Origin: Clostridia bacterium DTU065
GTDB taxonomy: Bacteria; Bacillota; DTU065
DNA: 64,000 nt
Direction: 5' to 3'
Assembly: GCA_001512545.1 (NCBI GenBank)
Contig: LFSI01000087.1
Span: 22,242-86,241 of the forward strand
This document shows, piece by piece, positions 35,558-45,284 of the stretch. The position numbers were made by a program, and so were the translations under genes. The notes below the pieces were generated by a model. The model did not search any database. It saw only the letters and a program-made list of their open reading frames with translations, and was not told the origin of the DNA. Within the stretch, counting starts at the first letter, position 1; every line of letters begins with the position of its first letter.

Positions 35558-38071
35558 ATGCACCTTATCGCTTTTGCCATTAGAACTCTGCCGGCAGAAG
35601 TCAAGAACAATTGGCAGCGATCACTGATTATTATCCTCTGTTTGGCTGTGGGAATTGCATCGGTCGCCGCGGTAAAGATATATACCGATTCGGCACTATC
35701 GTACTTCACCGGCAACGTGAAGGAGTTTGTCGGTGCAGACATCACCGTACAGCTGCCAGGTGAGCTCACAGAAGATCAGGAGAACTTCCTGAACAACCAG
35801 ACTCTGGGAATTATCACCTACGTTGAAAACTACAACCAGGTGGCTTTCAACCCGTTTAACAGGCAGAAAAACATGCCGGTCCAGGTCACTGTGATCGACC
35901 CTGAGGTCTACCCGCTCTACGGTTCCATGGAACTGGCAGACGGCAGCAGTGCACAGGCACTTCTAGATGAACCCCAAGCTGCGCTGGTTTCTGCTTCTCT
36001 GTTCGAGCAGCTGGAGCTGAAAATGGATAACCTTGTACTTGTGGGCAATGTACCCTACATCGTACGGGGAATCCTCAAGGAAACTTCTGTGCCCGATGGA
36101 TTTATGGGTCGCATTTACACCAAGACCCCACCGCAGGAAGGGGTGGGGACTCTTGGCAGCAGATTTGCATACATCAAGCTTGACGAAGGTAAAGATCCCG
36201 AAATTGCGAAAAAGGAAATCCTGGAGTTCTTTGAGCCAGGTGGCGTTTCCACCTACGTGGAAGTCTCGTCGCAGATCAGCCGCTCCGCCAAAGTCCTTGG
36301 AAACGTGGCGCTTATCGCTTCGCTGGCATCGCTCCTTTTGGGCGGTCTTGGCGTTAGCAACGTCGCTCAGGTTATCTCCAGGCAGAAGTTGAAGCAGAGT
36401 GCACTCATGAAGTGCGTCGGGGGGAGAACCTCACAGATTACGCTGATTATCGTTATCCAAATAGCGTTCATCGGATTGATCGGCGTTCTCTGCGGGTTTG
36501 TTTTGGGTTGGGCGCTGACCGGAGTCCTGCCTGGTCTTCTCAAAGACCTGGTGTCCTACAATATACCGATTAAGCCGAACCCCAACGTCTTCTTGCAGGT
36601 TTCCCTTTTGGGACTCCTTGTCACAGTGCTCTTTTCGGTTCTTCCAGTCCTTCGCTTTACAAAGATCAGGCCCCTTGCCATCTATCGCGATGACAACCCC
36701 GAAAGACTGCTTTCGCCGGAATCCAAACTGACCAGTTTTCTGGTTATCATCCTTCTTGCGGGCATCTTCGGTCTGTTTATCGGCTTGATTTTAGACTCGC
36801 TTCTGGCCGGGATCATCTTTACGTTCGCCACTTTGATCCTCACGGCAATCGCCTTAGGGATTATTAAGCTCATTATAAAACTGGTACTTTATCTGCCAAT
36901 CTACTTCAGCACGCCAGCCAAGATGGCGCGGCGTAGCCTGTTCCGCCAGTCGGGAAGGACTGCCGCTGCAGTGCTTGCCCTGTCGTTTGGCATCAGTGCC
37001 ATTGTGCTGATTTCGTTCATTCAGACAGACGTCCTGTCGTTTATGCACGGCCTCCGCGATGACCAGAACACACCGAATATCTTCGCCCTTTTGGACCAGC
37101 AAAACGGTCCTCCTGTTGAAAGTATCGTTGAGTTCATGGAGCAGGATAGCCGGATAGAGAGCTTTTCCACCATGAAGCTCCTTACCTCCAGCCTGGAGAT
37201 AGTAAACGACAGGCTCTACGATCCAACTACAGCTTCAGATTCTAGGTCTGCCATCCTTGCCATGGCGTTTCTCATAGCTGCAGCAGACCCGGAAAACATG
37301 CCCACCGAGTTGAACTATGTTGAAGGCGAGCCTCTGAACTCCGATGGCCAGATCGTCATAGAAGAGCATGTCGCCAAGTCCCTGGGCCTCAAAATCGGCG
37401 ACAGACTGGGACTAAGGGTGGGAACCGATCGCATCTATCTGAATCTTGTAGGTTTCTATTCCAACATGCAGACAGGTGTCAACGTCACATCTTCGAGCTA
37501 CGCTACAAAAGCGTCTCTAGAGGGTCTTTCACCTGAATTCTCCACCGAGTTCCTCTTTGCCAGGACCAAGGCTGGAGTCTCCGGTGAAGAGGTCATCTCC
37601 AGTTTGAGAGCAGCCTACCCCAACATGGGCTTTGCCTTTGATGTAGGTCAGCTGATCAACCTCTTCGACACTGTCTTCTCGGCCATCAGCCGCTTTATGC
37701 AGTTCCTCGGTTTCTTTGCACTAGCCTCTGGATTGATCATTCTAGCAGGCACCATGGTGCTGACCAAATGGGAAAAACGCCGGGAAACCGCGCTCATCCG
37801 CTGCCTCGGCGGCACCACAAAAGACGTGATCAGCGTGCAGCTTTGGGAAAACGGCGTATTGAGCATTCTCTCTGCAGGAATTGGCATTACCTTTGCCAAT
37901 ATTCTCAGTATGGTGATCAACCGCTACGTCCTAGATATTGACTTCGTCTTTAACAAACTGACAAACACAATGGCTTTTGTCCTAGTCCTCCTGGCCGTTA
38001 CTGCAGTTGGCGCCGTTTCTCTGTGGGATGTTCTACACGAGAGACCGCTTAGCGTTTTACGCAACGAATAA
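35558..38071 (+). CDS. ABC transporter permease with duplicated FtsX domains (YbbP/MacB-like fused permease, about 10 TM)
   Basis: 837 aa. Two FtsX-like 4-TM modules, each preceded by an extracytoplasmic domain. Confidence 0.85.
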   Translation: MHLIAFAIRTLPAEVKNNWQRSLIIILCLAVGIASVAAVKIYTDSALSYFTGNVKEFVGADITVQLPGELTEDQENFLNNQTLGIITYVENYNQVAFNPFNRQKNMPVQVTVIDPEVYPLYGSMELADGSSAQALLDEPQAALVSASLFEQLELKMDNLVLVGNVPYIVRGILKETSVPDGFMGRIYTKTPPQEGVGTLGSRFAYIKLDEGKDPEIAKKEILEFFEPGGVSTYVEVSSQISRSAKVLGNVALIASLASLLLGGLGVSNVAQVISRQKLKQSALMKCVGGRTSQITLIIVIQIAFIGLIGVLCGFVLGWALTGVLPGLLKDLVSYNIPIKPNPNVFLQVSLLGLLVTVLFSVLPVLRFTKIRPLAIYRDDNPERLLSPESKLTSFLVIILLAGIFGLFIGLILDSLLAGIIFTFATLILTAIALGIIKLIIKLVLYLPIYFSTPAKMARRSLFRQSGRTAAAVLALSFGISAIVLISFIQTDVLSFMHGLRDDQNTPNIFALLDQQNGPPVESIVEFMEQDSRIESFSTMKLLTSSLEIVNDRLYDPTTASDSRSAILAMAFLIAAADPENMPTELNYVEGEPLNSDGQIVIEEHVAKSLGLKIGDRLGLRVGTDRIYLNLVGFYSNMQTGVNVTSSSYATKASLEGLSPEFSTEFLFARTKAGVSGEEVISSLRAAYPNMGFAFDVGQLINLFDTVFSAISRFMQFLGFFALASGLIILAGTMVLTKWEKRRETALIRCLGGTTKDVISVQLWENGVLSILSAGIGITFANILSMVINRYVLDIDFVFNKLTNTMAFVLVLLAVTAVGAVSLWDVLHERPLSVLRNE

Positions 38072-38074
38072 TCA

Positions 38075-38117
38075 AAGCCACGGATGCAACTCATCCGTGG
38101 CTACTCTGTCTTTTTTT
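38075..38117 (+). terminator. Terminator
   Basis: agccacggatg caact catccgtggct followed by ttttttt. Confidence 0.65.
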
Positions 38118-38164
38118 GGCGTGACTTGTTAATTCTATAAACTTATCATGTAAGGGGTGTAGAT

Positions 38165-39274
38165 ATGGAAGGACCGCGTGCTGCAAGAAAAGAAGAACTT
38201 CAGGATTTGATCGATCTAATTAATTACGTGTTTAGGGTCAGCGCAAGCAAAGAGCCAGATATGCACATCTGTTTTCCGCTGTTTATCAGCGAGAATAACC
38301 TGGACAATCTCCTGGTGTATGCCGATCGCAAGACAGGTAAGCCCATCAGCCACCTGGGACTTTGGATCAACGACTTCAGCTACTTTGGCGAGTCCCTGAA
38401 AATCGGCTACATAGGTTCGGTCTGTACCCACCCAGACTACAGAGGTCAGGGGTTGGCTAGTAAGCTTCTAGATGTGGCTTTCCAACAGCTGGAACAAAAC
38501 GGCGTTGACCTTCTCTTAGTGTCGGGTTCTAGAAGCCTTTACGTGAGAGCAGGATGCAGAGTAGTGGGCGTTGTGAATTGGTACACCATTCCCAAGAAAG
38601 AACAGGACGTTTGGTTTGACGTGACTGTCGATCCTCCTGTAGAACCACTGAACGAGCTCTGGATGAAAGAACCTCTGCGCACAAAGCGCGGCTTGAAGAA
38701 CTTCGAAGCTCTAGTGGAAGCCGGTGCATTGCCCCGCTGTATGGGCTCGAAATCCAAGGTTTACCTTGCTTCTATCGGCGGAGTTCCACTGGCATACGTG
38801 CAAGCCGTGCACAACAAAGACGGCTCTGTATATATCTATGAGTGGGCTGGCGACAGATCGGTGATCGTGGATCTGGTAAGATTTGTGGCAAACAATACGG
38901 AAAGTGACACCAGCTGGCCTGTCCCTTCCTGGGAGACGGCGCTCCTTGAGTTCCTTTCCAAGATGGAAGCCCCTGTAACCAAAACCGGAGCCCTTTCGGG
39001 AACCTACAAGATCATCCGCTTCGCGTCGTTCATAGAAAAGGTTGGCAGATATCTCGCCGAAGCCTTCGGCGGAAGCCCCCTCACAGGCTTCGATCAGGAT
39101 GGGATGCAGGTCTTGGTCTATGAGGACGAAAAGCTTGCCCTACCTCCAGATGAAATGCTGAACCTGCTCTTCAGCGGAAAGCTGCCCGATGCAGTGCCGC
39201 CGAAAATGCAAGCGCTGTTCGAAAAAGCCCTACCGCTTCCTCTGCCCTGGCCTATCGGTTTCGACTTCATTTAA
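38165..39274 (+). CDS. GNAT-family N-acetyltransferase with C-terminal extension (Eis-like architecture)
   Basis: GNAT motif A region HPDYRGQGLASKLLD. About 369 aa. Confidence 0.65.
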   Translation: MEGPRAARKEELQDLIDLINYVFRVSASKEPDMHICFPLFISENNLDNLLVYADRKTGKPISHLGLWINDFSYFGESLKIGYIGSVCTHPDYRGQGLASKLLDVAFQQLEQNGVDLLLVSGSRSLYVRAGCRVVGVVNWYTIPKKEQDVWFDVTVDPPVEPLNELWMKEPLRTKRGLKNFEALVEAGALPRCMGSKSKVYLASIGGVPLAYVQAVHNKDGSVYIYEWAGDRSVIVDLVRFVANNTESDTSWPVPSWETALLEFLSKMEAPVTKTGALSGTYKIIRFASFIEKVGRYLAEAFGGSPLTGFDQDGMQVLVYEDEKLALPPDEMLNLLFSGKLPDAVPPKMQALFEKALPLPLPWPIGFDFI

Positions 39275-39290
39275 GTTTGATTCTCCTAAT

Positions 39291-39322
39291 GCAGCAGCTC
39301 TTTTGAGCTGCTTTCTTTTCGT
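39291..39322 (+). terminator. Terminator
   Basis: gcagcagctc ttttg agctgcttt cttttc. Confidence 0.55.
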
Positions 39323-39503
39323 CAAAAAATCAACGTTCTTTCTCTCGTGTATAAAATCCCAAGATTTGGGTATAATTGCATAAACTGTTCAAAGGCGGGT
39401 AAAACCCCTTCCGAGTTCTTCTACCCGGCCAGTTGCTAGAAGGGTCCCTCTCATCGGAATGGGAATCACTTGCCTGGGCCTAATATGAGAGGAGGAACTT
39501 GCG

Positions 39504-40010
39504 GTGAAAAGAAGTTCCGCAGTTGTTTTGGTTTTGATCCTGGTGATGGTGTTGGGACCTCTGGCCGGCGCTTTTGATAAAACCTTAAAAGTCAACGTGT
39601 TGGATGTTGCCCACCTTAGCTCATTTAACACAGTGCTGGTTATCAGCTACGAAACCCGGTTAAGCGGAAGGTTTTCGTTAGTGACCGGAGCTAACATCCC
39701 CATTAGCAGCCTGTTAGGCGCCGATGTCGGCGTCCGCTACTACCTCACTTCCAATGCCATGAAAGGGCTTTTTGCCGAAAGCAGGCTGATAACGCTGGGA
39801 TTGGTAGCACCTGGAGGTGGAATCTTCCTTGGCGGAATCAATCCCGGAGTTGGCTACAAACTTGCCTTTAATAGCGGCATCACTCTATATGCCAGTGTGG
39901 GATTTGTGACGTTCCTATTCGGAGGAGTTGTCACTACAGAAGGCGGAGGTGGAGCTTTTGTCGCCGCTACAGCTCCCGATATCAAACTTGGTGTAGGTTA
40001 TTCCTGGTAG
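39504..40010 (+). CDS. Small secreted beta-rich OMP-like protein (paralog 2) ending ...LGVGYSW
   Basis: Signal peptide. Homologous to the 40355 gene (KVNVL, VRYYL, MKGIF, GITLYAS, GVGYSW). RBS GAGGAGG. Confidence 0.65.
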   Translation: MKRSSAVVLVLILVMVLGPLAGAFDKTLKVNVLDVAHLSSFNTVLVISYETRLSGRFSLVTGANIPISSLLGADVGVRYYLTSNAMKGLFAESRLITLGLVAPGGGIFLGGINPGVGYKLAFNSGITLYASVGFVTFLFGGVVTTEGGGGAFVAATAPDIKLGVGYSW

Positions 40011-40018
40011 AGACAAAA

Positions 40019-40042
40019 TAGAGGGCTTTGCCCTCTTTTGTG
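40019..40042 (+). terminator. Terminator
   Basis: agagggctttgccctct tttgtg. Near-identical to the terminator after the next paralog. Confidence 0.6.
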
Positions 40043-40354
40043 TCCCTTCTGCGCTAAGCACATAAAGAGGATCTGCATATTCTTCCAAAATCTGGTTATG
40101 CCAATCCATTGGTATACAAGGCTTCCTGGAAAACATAGTAATAATTGAAGAAAAAAGTGTTGTTTTTAAACTGTACAAGACCTCCGGCTCACGTTATGAT
40201 AGAAAGTGTATTGGCACTTTTAGCAATATTATCTGTTTCGGGAATCATTTGACTGGTCCTACGGGCCAGTGGAATCTATTAGGCGAACTTACGCTTTTGT
40301 TGTAGGACTCTACTTCGAGAGCAGTCCCGTCTACTTATAAGGAGGAAGGTTTTT

Positions 40355-40879
40355 ATGAAAAAGACTGTTTTGGGTGTGCTCTGCTTGGTTTTTGCTCTGG
40401 TTATGTTCGCTTCTGCAGCTCCTTTTTCCAACACGATAAAGGTTAACCTGCTTGGCGGTATAGGGGTGGAGTATGAAACCAAAGCACCTGCTGGGTTGAG
40501 TTCTACGCTTGGTTCAATCATTAAGCCTCTAACCAAGACTACTCCAAAAGATCAGTTTACCGTGGTTCTTGGTGGCCGTATCGGCGGTGGTTTTGGTGGA
40601 TCTGGCGCTGTTCGCTACTACTTAGAGCCCAGTACGATGAAGGGCATTTTTGCTCAAACTGGCGCTTACGCATTAGGTGCCGTTGTGGGTAGCAACTTCT
40701 ACCTTACTACTGGAATCAGTATCGAAGGCGGTTACAAGTACGTTATGGATAACGGAATTACCGCAGAAGCCTCTGCAGGACTTTCCACTGGAATCCTCTC
40801 CATCAACTCTGTTACTGGACTCGGATTCCCCATTCGTCCGGGCTTCGTCTTCGGTGTTGGCGTAGGTTATTCTTGGTAA
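40355..40879 (+). CDS. Small secreted beta-rich OMP-like protein (paralog 3) ending ...GVGVGYSW
   Basis: Signal peptide. RBS AAGGAGGAAGG. Tandem paralog of the 39504 gene. Confidence 0.65.
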   Translation: MKKTVLGVLCLVFALVMFASAAPFSNTIKVNLLGGIGVEYETKAPAGLSSTLGSIIKPLTKTTPKDQFTVVLGGRIGGGFGGSGAVRYYLEPSTMKGIFAQTGAYALGAVVGSNFYLTTGISIEGGYKYVMDNGITAEASAGLSTGILSINSVTGLGFPIRPGFVFGVGVGYSW

Positions 40880-40885
40880 GACAAA

Positions 40886-40912
40886 AAAGAGGGCACATGC
40901 CCTCTTTTTTTA
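40886..40912 (+). terminator. Terminator whose U-run overlaps the stop codon of the convergent FtsX gene
   Basis: aagagggcacatgccctctt ttttttt. Confidence 0.65.
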
Positions 40913-42130
40913 TTCATATCTCAAAGCATCTACAGGATTGAGTCTGGCTGCTTTTTGCGCCGGATAGACTCCAAAGAAGAGGCCTACAGCACTGGAGAAC
41001 AGGATGGCAATAACCGTCGCCCTCACAGAGAAGATGAACTTGATCTGAATGATCTTGGTCATCAGGTCGCCAAGGAGCTTCCCGGCTCCTATACCGATGA
41101 TGCCGCCAGCAACGCTCAGCACAAGTGCCTCCAGTAAAAACTGCATGAAAATGTGCTTTTTCTTGGCTCCCAAAGACTTGCGAATGCCGATTTCTCTAGT
41201 TCTTTCAGTAACCGAGACCAGCATGATATTCATAATGCCAATGCCTCCGACCAAAAGGCCTATTCCGCCGATACCGGCCAAAAACCAGGTAATTGTACTG
41301 GCGACCTCGTTCATGGTCTCGCGAATACTCTCCTGAGAGACCACGCTGAACTCGTTTGAACTGCCCAGTCTGCTTGTGAGGTAATGGTTCAGTGCTGCCA
41401 TGACGTGCTGTTCCTCGTCGGAGCTTTCGTACTTTGTAACGAAGCTGGAAATGGATTTTGAAGCAATCCCCCTGCTTGTTAAGGCAGTTACGGGAACGAA
41501 GATCTGGTTGGAAGCAAACGTAATGGCCGTTTGCGGTTTTTTGCTCATTACCCCCACAACTGTGAGCTTGACGCTGTGATTGCCAATGTTGGCCCTAATA
41601 CTCTGGCCTATAGGATTAGTTAGACCGAAGAGTTCCGTCGCGGTTTCAAGGCTCAAAACCGCAACCAACCGGTTTTCTGCCAGATCATCTTCGTCGATAA
41701 ACCTGCCAACCAGAAGAGGATACTCATAAACGTCTACATACCCTGGGGTGGCCCCGATCACCCTGGTCTGCAGGCTATCACCGGTGTCGAGGTATAAGGT
41801 GGCGTTGGTCTCAACAGACGGAACAACATCGATTAGCTCTGGAACGGCTTCTTTGAGCCTTGCTGCTAGGTCTAAGGTGAAAACCCTATCTGCTGCAGTA
41901 GCACTAGAGCGCCCTCTCCGCGCAACTGTGTAACGCCTGCTGATGGTGATTACGTTCGAACCTAGAGAACTGATGGAGCGCAAGACCTGTTCAGTTACAC
42001 CGTCGCCTAAGGACATCATAGCGATTACAGACGCGATACCGATGACGATGCCGAGAACTGAAAGGAAAGTGCGCAGCTTGTTTTCGCCAAGACTCTTAAA
42101 AGAGATGAATAGAGCCTCAATTAACCACAC
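40910..42130 (-). CDS. ABC transporter permease, FtsX/MacB family (single FtsX domain with periplasmic domain)
   Basis: N-terminal TM, about 220-aa periplasmic domain, then a C-terminal 3-TM FtsX domain. 14-nt overlap with the ATPase gene. Confidence 0.85.
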   Translation of the reverse strand: MWLIEALFISFKSLGENKLRTFLSVLGIVIGIASVIAMMSLGDGVTEQVLRSISSLGSNVITISRRYTVARRGRSSATAADRVFTLDLAARLKEAVPELIDVVPSVETNATLYLDTGDSLQTRVIGATPGYVDVYEYPLLVGRFIDEDDLAENRLVAVLSLETATELFGLTNPIGQSIRANIGNHSVKLTVVGVMSKKPQTAITFASNQIFVPVTALTSRGIASKSISSFVTKYESSDEEQHVMAALNHYLTSRLGSSNEFSVVSQESIRETMNEVASTITWFLAGIGGIGLLVGGIGIMNIMLVSVTERTREIGIRKSLGAKKKHIFMQFLLEALVLSVAGGIIGIGAGKLLGDLMTKIIQIKFIFSVRATVIAILFSSAVGLFFGVYPAQKAARLNPVDALRYE

Positions 42131-42824
42131 CTAAACCACCTTCCTCTACCCTCTCAATGAGCCCGTCTTTCAAGTGAATAATTCTTTGGGCATACTCTGC
42201 CACTTCTCTGGAGTGGGTCACTAAGATTATTGTGTGCCCTTTTTTATTAAGGTCCTTAAACAGGTCCATTATGGCCGTTCCTGTTTTGGAGTCCAGGTTA
42301 CCTGTGGGCTCATCGGCAAGAATAATGGTGGGGTTGTTTACCAGAGCTCTAGCTATTGCCACTCTCTGTCTCTCACCACCGGAGATCTCGCTGGGGAGGT
42401 GCTTCAGCCTTCCGGAAAGACCAACGGCGGCGAGAGCTTCTTCCGCAAGCTTCCTACGGGCTTTACGACTTACCCCTCTGTACTGCAGGGGGACTTCAAC
42501 GTTCTGTAGGATGTTTAGCCTGGGCAGAAGGTTAAAACTTTGAAAGACAAAGCCGATTTTTGTGTTTCGCAGCTCTGCCAGAGCACTGTCGGAAAACTGC
42601 TTTACGTCCCTGCCGTCAATGGCGATGGAACCGGACGTGGGTTCGTCGAGGCAGCCCATGATGTGCATCAGCGTGGATTTCCCCGAACCGGATGACCCCA
42701 TGATGGCCAGCATCTCGCCTTTATGCACCTTGAAACTTACGCCCTTAAGGGCAGCCACTTCAACCCTGCCCAGCTTGTAAACTCTTACAACGTCCCGTAC
42801 TTCGATGGCTGTCTGCGTGCTCAA
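42117..42824 (-). CDS. ABC transporter ATP-binding protein (MacB-type)
   Basis: [35 protein letters not shown]. Confidence 0.9.
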   Translation of the reverse strand: MSTQTAIEVRDVVRVYKLGRVEVAALKGVSFKVHKGEMLAIMGSSGSGKSTLMHIMGCLDEPTSGSIAIDGRDVKQFSDSALAELRNTKIGFVFQSFNLLPRLNILQNVEVPLQYRGVSRKARRKLAEEALAAVGLSGRLKHLPSEISGGERQRVAIARALVNNPTIILADEPTGNLDSKTGTAIMDLFKDLNKKGHTIILVTHSREVAEYAQRIIHLKDGLIERVEEGGLGVVN

Positions 42825-42825
42825 C

Positions 42826-43926
42826 CTAGAACCTCCCTCCCGTAATCGACCTGAACTGAACTTGCGGTACGCCTACGGCAGGGGCTCCTCGGTTCTGGGA
42901 CTGGCCAGGCTGCGGTTGAGTTTCACCTACCAGTTCTGCTGCTGCGTCAATATAGAGACTGTAATTGGTTCTGAGAATAGTGGTGTAAGGCTCAAGTCCG
43001 GACAGAACCGCGACGTTCAAACCGTCTGAAAGGCCGAGCTGCACTTCAACCACCTTGGTGTCGTCTCCGTCAACAACTGTGACATAGCTTCTGCCTCCCA
43101 CTCTGTTTACCGATTCCACCGGTACGACAACCACATCTGTCGCTTGGGCAGTGACGATGTCTATGTTGCAGTTCATTCCCGGTCTGAGGCGGTCATCTGA
43201 AGCGGAAAGCCGTACTTCCACAGGATAGGTCACCGGGTCTCCCTGTCCTACAGGAAGCACGCCTACATTGGTGATCTTAGCAGGATAAGTCTGGTTTCCT
43301 AAAGACGAAACGGTTACAATGACGTTTTGATCCTGCTTAATATCTGAGATCTCCAACTCGCTGATCCTTAAGTTGATTTTGAAGTTTTGCATATCCACTA
43401 TCTGCACGATAGAGGTACCGCTTGCAACACGGTCCTTATCGTCCACGTGAACCTCAACAATGGTGCCGGAGATCGGCGCCCTGATCTCTGTTCTCTGCAG
43501 CGCCAGTTCGGCGTTTTTCAGCTGGATAGCCTTCTGCCTTATAGTGATCTCATCTCCATCGATGAGAGCTGCTTCGTAATCTCTTTTAGCAATGATGTAG
43601 TCCAGCTCCGCCTGCTCGTTTTCCAGCACTGCCAGAAGGTCGCCTTCTTTTACAACATCGTTCTTCTTCACCAACAGCTCTTTGATCTCCCCACTGGTCT
43701 CTGCAGCTACAGTTACATTGGCTGCAGGCTCGAGAGTTCCGGAACTGCTTATATACGTGGCAATGTTGCCGCGCGTTGCGACAACCGTATTCTGCCTCAT
43801 TCTAAACGCATCTACAAAAGGCTGATTTGGCTTCTTACGTTGCTGTAGGTAGTAGTAAACTCCACCTGCCCCTCCAGCAATCACCACCAAAACCACCAGC
43901 AAAATGAAGAGCTTCTTTCTCTTCAT
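42826..43926 (-). CDS. HlyD/MacA-family periplasmic adaptor (membrane fusion protein)
   Basis: N-terminal anchor, coiled-coil and beta-barrel/lipoyl-like regions. Confidence 0.8.
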   Translation of the reverse strand: MKRKKLFILLVVLVVIAGGAGGVYYYLQQRKKPNQPFVDAFRMRQNTVVATRGNIATYISSSGTLEPAANVTVAAETSGEIKELLVKKNDVVKEGDLLAVLENEQAELDYIIAKRDYEAALIDGDEITIRQKAIQLKNAELALQRTEIRAPISGTIVEVHVDDKDRVASGTSIVQIVDMQNFKINLRISELEISDIKQDQNVIVTVSSLGNQTYPAKITNVGVLPVGQGDPVTYPVEVRLSASDDRLRPGMNCNIDIVTAQATDVVVVPVESVNRVGGRSYVTVVDGDDTKVVEVQLGLSDGLNVAVLSGLEPYTTILRTNYSLYIDAAAELVGETQPQPGQSQNRGAPAVGVPQVQFRSITGGRF

Positions 43927-45284
43927 TGATAGATCACCACCCTATCTGTGCGACCTGTGGCAAACATAGCCTTGTTTGCAGCTACGTGCAAGCTAACCAG
44001 CTGATCGAGAAGCTCCAGATACCTTTCAAAAGCCGCTCTTTCTGCATCAAGATAGTCCGACTCTTTGATTACTCCCGCTTCCAGCTGGAGTTTTTTTGCC
44101 TGTAGGTCTCTTTTGGCTTTGATAAAGTTCATTTCTCTCGTTTTCGTCTGGTAAACCATCAACTCCCAATCCTCTTGCATGCGGGTAATATCCGTTTCCA
44201 CCTGTTTCAAAGCAGCCAAGTAGTTTTCCTCGGCGCTCTGGTATCTTTCTTGGTTCTCCTTGTAGGTGAAGTTGAAGAAGATGTCGTTGGTGTTGAACCC
44301 CATGCTCAAGTTAACGGACCAGGATGGTGTGGAGTTTCCCCCAAGTTCTTTCACGTTGACGCTAAAGCCCAAAGAAGAATCGATGAAGCTGTACCTGCTG
44401 TCCTCTACGGCCTTTTTTGCTTCGTCCAGGGCGTCTTTGGCTTTGAGGACATCGAGGCTGATCTCCTTGGCTCTGGCAATATCCCTTTCCAGATCCCAGA
44501 CTAGATCCGGATACACTATCCGGTCGTAGACTACCCTCTCGGGAACGGAGTCGGTGCTGAGACCAAGAGACTGGCAGAACTCGGTCCAGCTTCTCTCAAA
44601 GTTCAGCTGCGCCGACTTATACTGGTAGAACGCACTGCGGTAGGCGATCTCCTTGTCTTCCAACTCGCTTCTGGTGATGTTTCCTAGTTGAAACTCAATC
44701 TCGGCAGCGGCATACTCGTCAGACCGCCGTTTTAAATCTATCTCTTGCATAAGGAGTTTTTCGTACTGAATCTGATTTTTTACGTAGTTCTGGTACAGTG
44801 AAAGTTCTTCGTTAAAGAGCTTCTGGGCATCTGACCTTTCTGCTCGGTCTAAAGTCTTCTTACCGGATTCCAGCTTCACCAGGCCGTTTGAGTTTGTCAT
44901 GAGTGGCCAGACGCTTGCGGAAACGCTGAAGCTCACAGCGCTGTCTTGGGCTCCAGGTCTCGGGACGAACTTCAGCTGCATATTGGCCCCAATAGGTGTG
45001 TTCCAGCTTAAAGTGTAGCTAGAGCTCAGTTGGAAGTCTCTTCCCATGGCCTTCGTAACTCTGGAACTTCCGGAAAGATTGGGATAGAGGCTTGCTTTGG
45101 TCTTCTCCAAGCTTCTTTCTGCTTGAGTCGACTCGGCAAACTGATACGACTGCCTTTTTGCTTCGAGAACGTCTTGAAGGCTAATAGTCTCTTTAACTTC
45201 ATCTGCTACTGCCAAAGCCACTAGAGAAAACGCCACAAGCAGCACGCAGAGAAGCTTCTTAGTGATCTGCAAAGAACTGCTCAA
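43923..45284 (-). CDS. TolC-like outer membrane efflux protein (OEP family), 453 aa
   Basis: Signal peptide. Repeated coiled-coil plus beta-strand segments typical of TolC/OprM. Confidence 0.7.
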   Translation of the reverse strand: MSSSLQITKKLLCVLLVAFSLVALAVADEVKETISLQDVLEAKRQSYQFAESTQAERSLEKTKASLYPNLSGSSRVTKAMGRDFQLSSSYTLSWNTPIGANMQLKFVPRPGAQDSAVSFSVSASVWPLMTNSNGLVKLESGKKTLDRAERSDAQKLFNEELSLYQNYVKNQIQYEKLLMQEIDLKRRSDEYAAAEIEFQLGNITRSELEDKEIAYRSAFYQYKSAQLNFERSWTEFCQSLGLSTDSVPERVVYDRIVYPDLVWDLERDIARAKEISLDVLKAKDALDEAKKAVEDSRYSFIDSSLGFSVNVKELGGNSTPSWSVNLSMGFNTNDIFFNFTYKENQERYQSAEENYLAALKQVETDITRMQEDWELMVYQTKTREMNFIKAKRDLQAKKLQLEAGVIKESDYLDAERAAFERYLELLDQLVSLHVAANKAMFATGRTDRVVIYQ

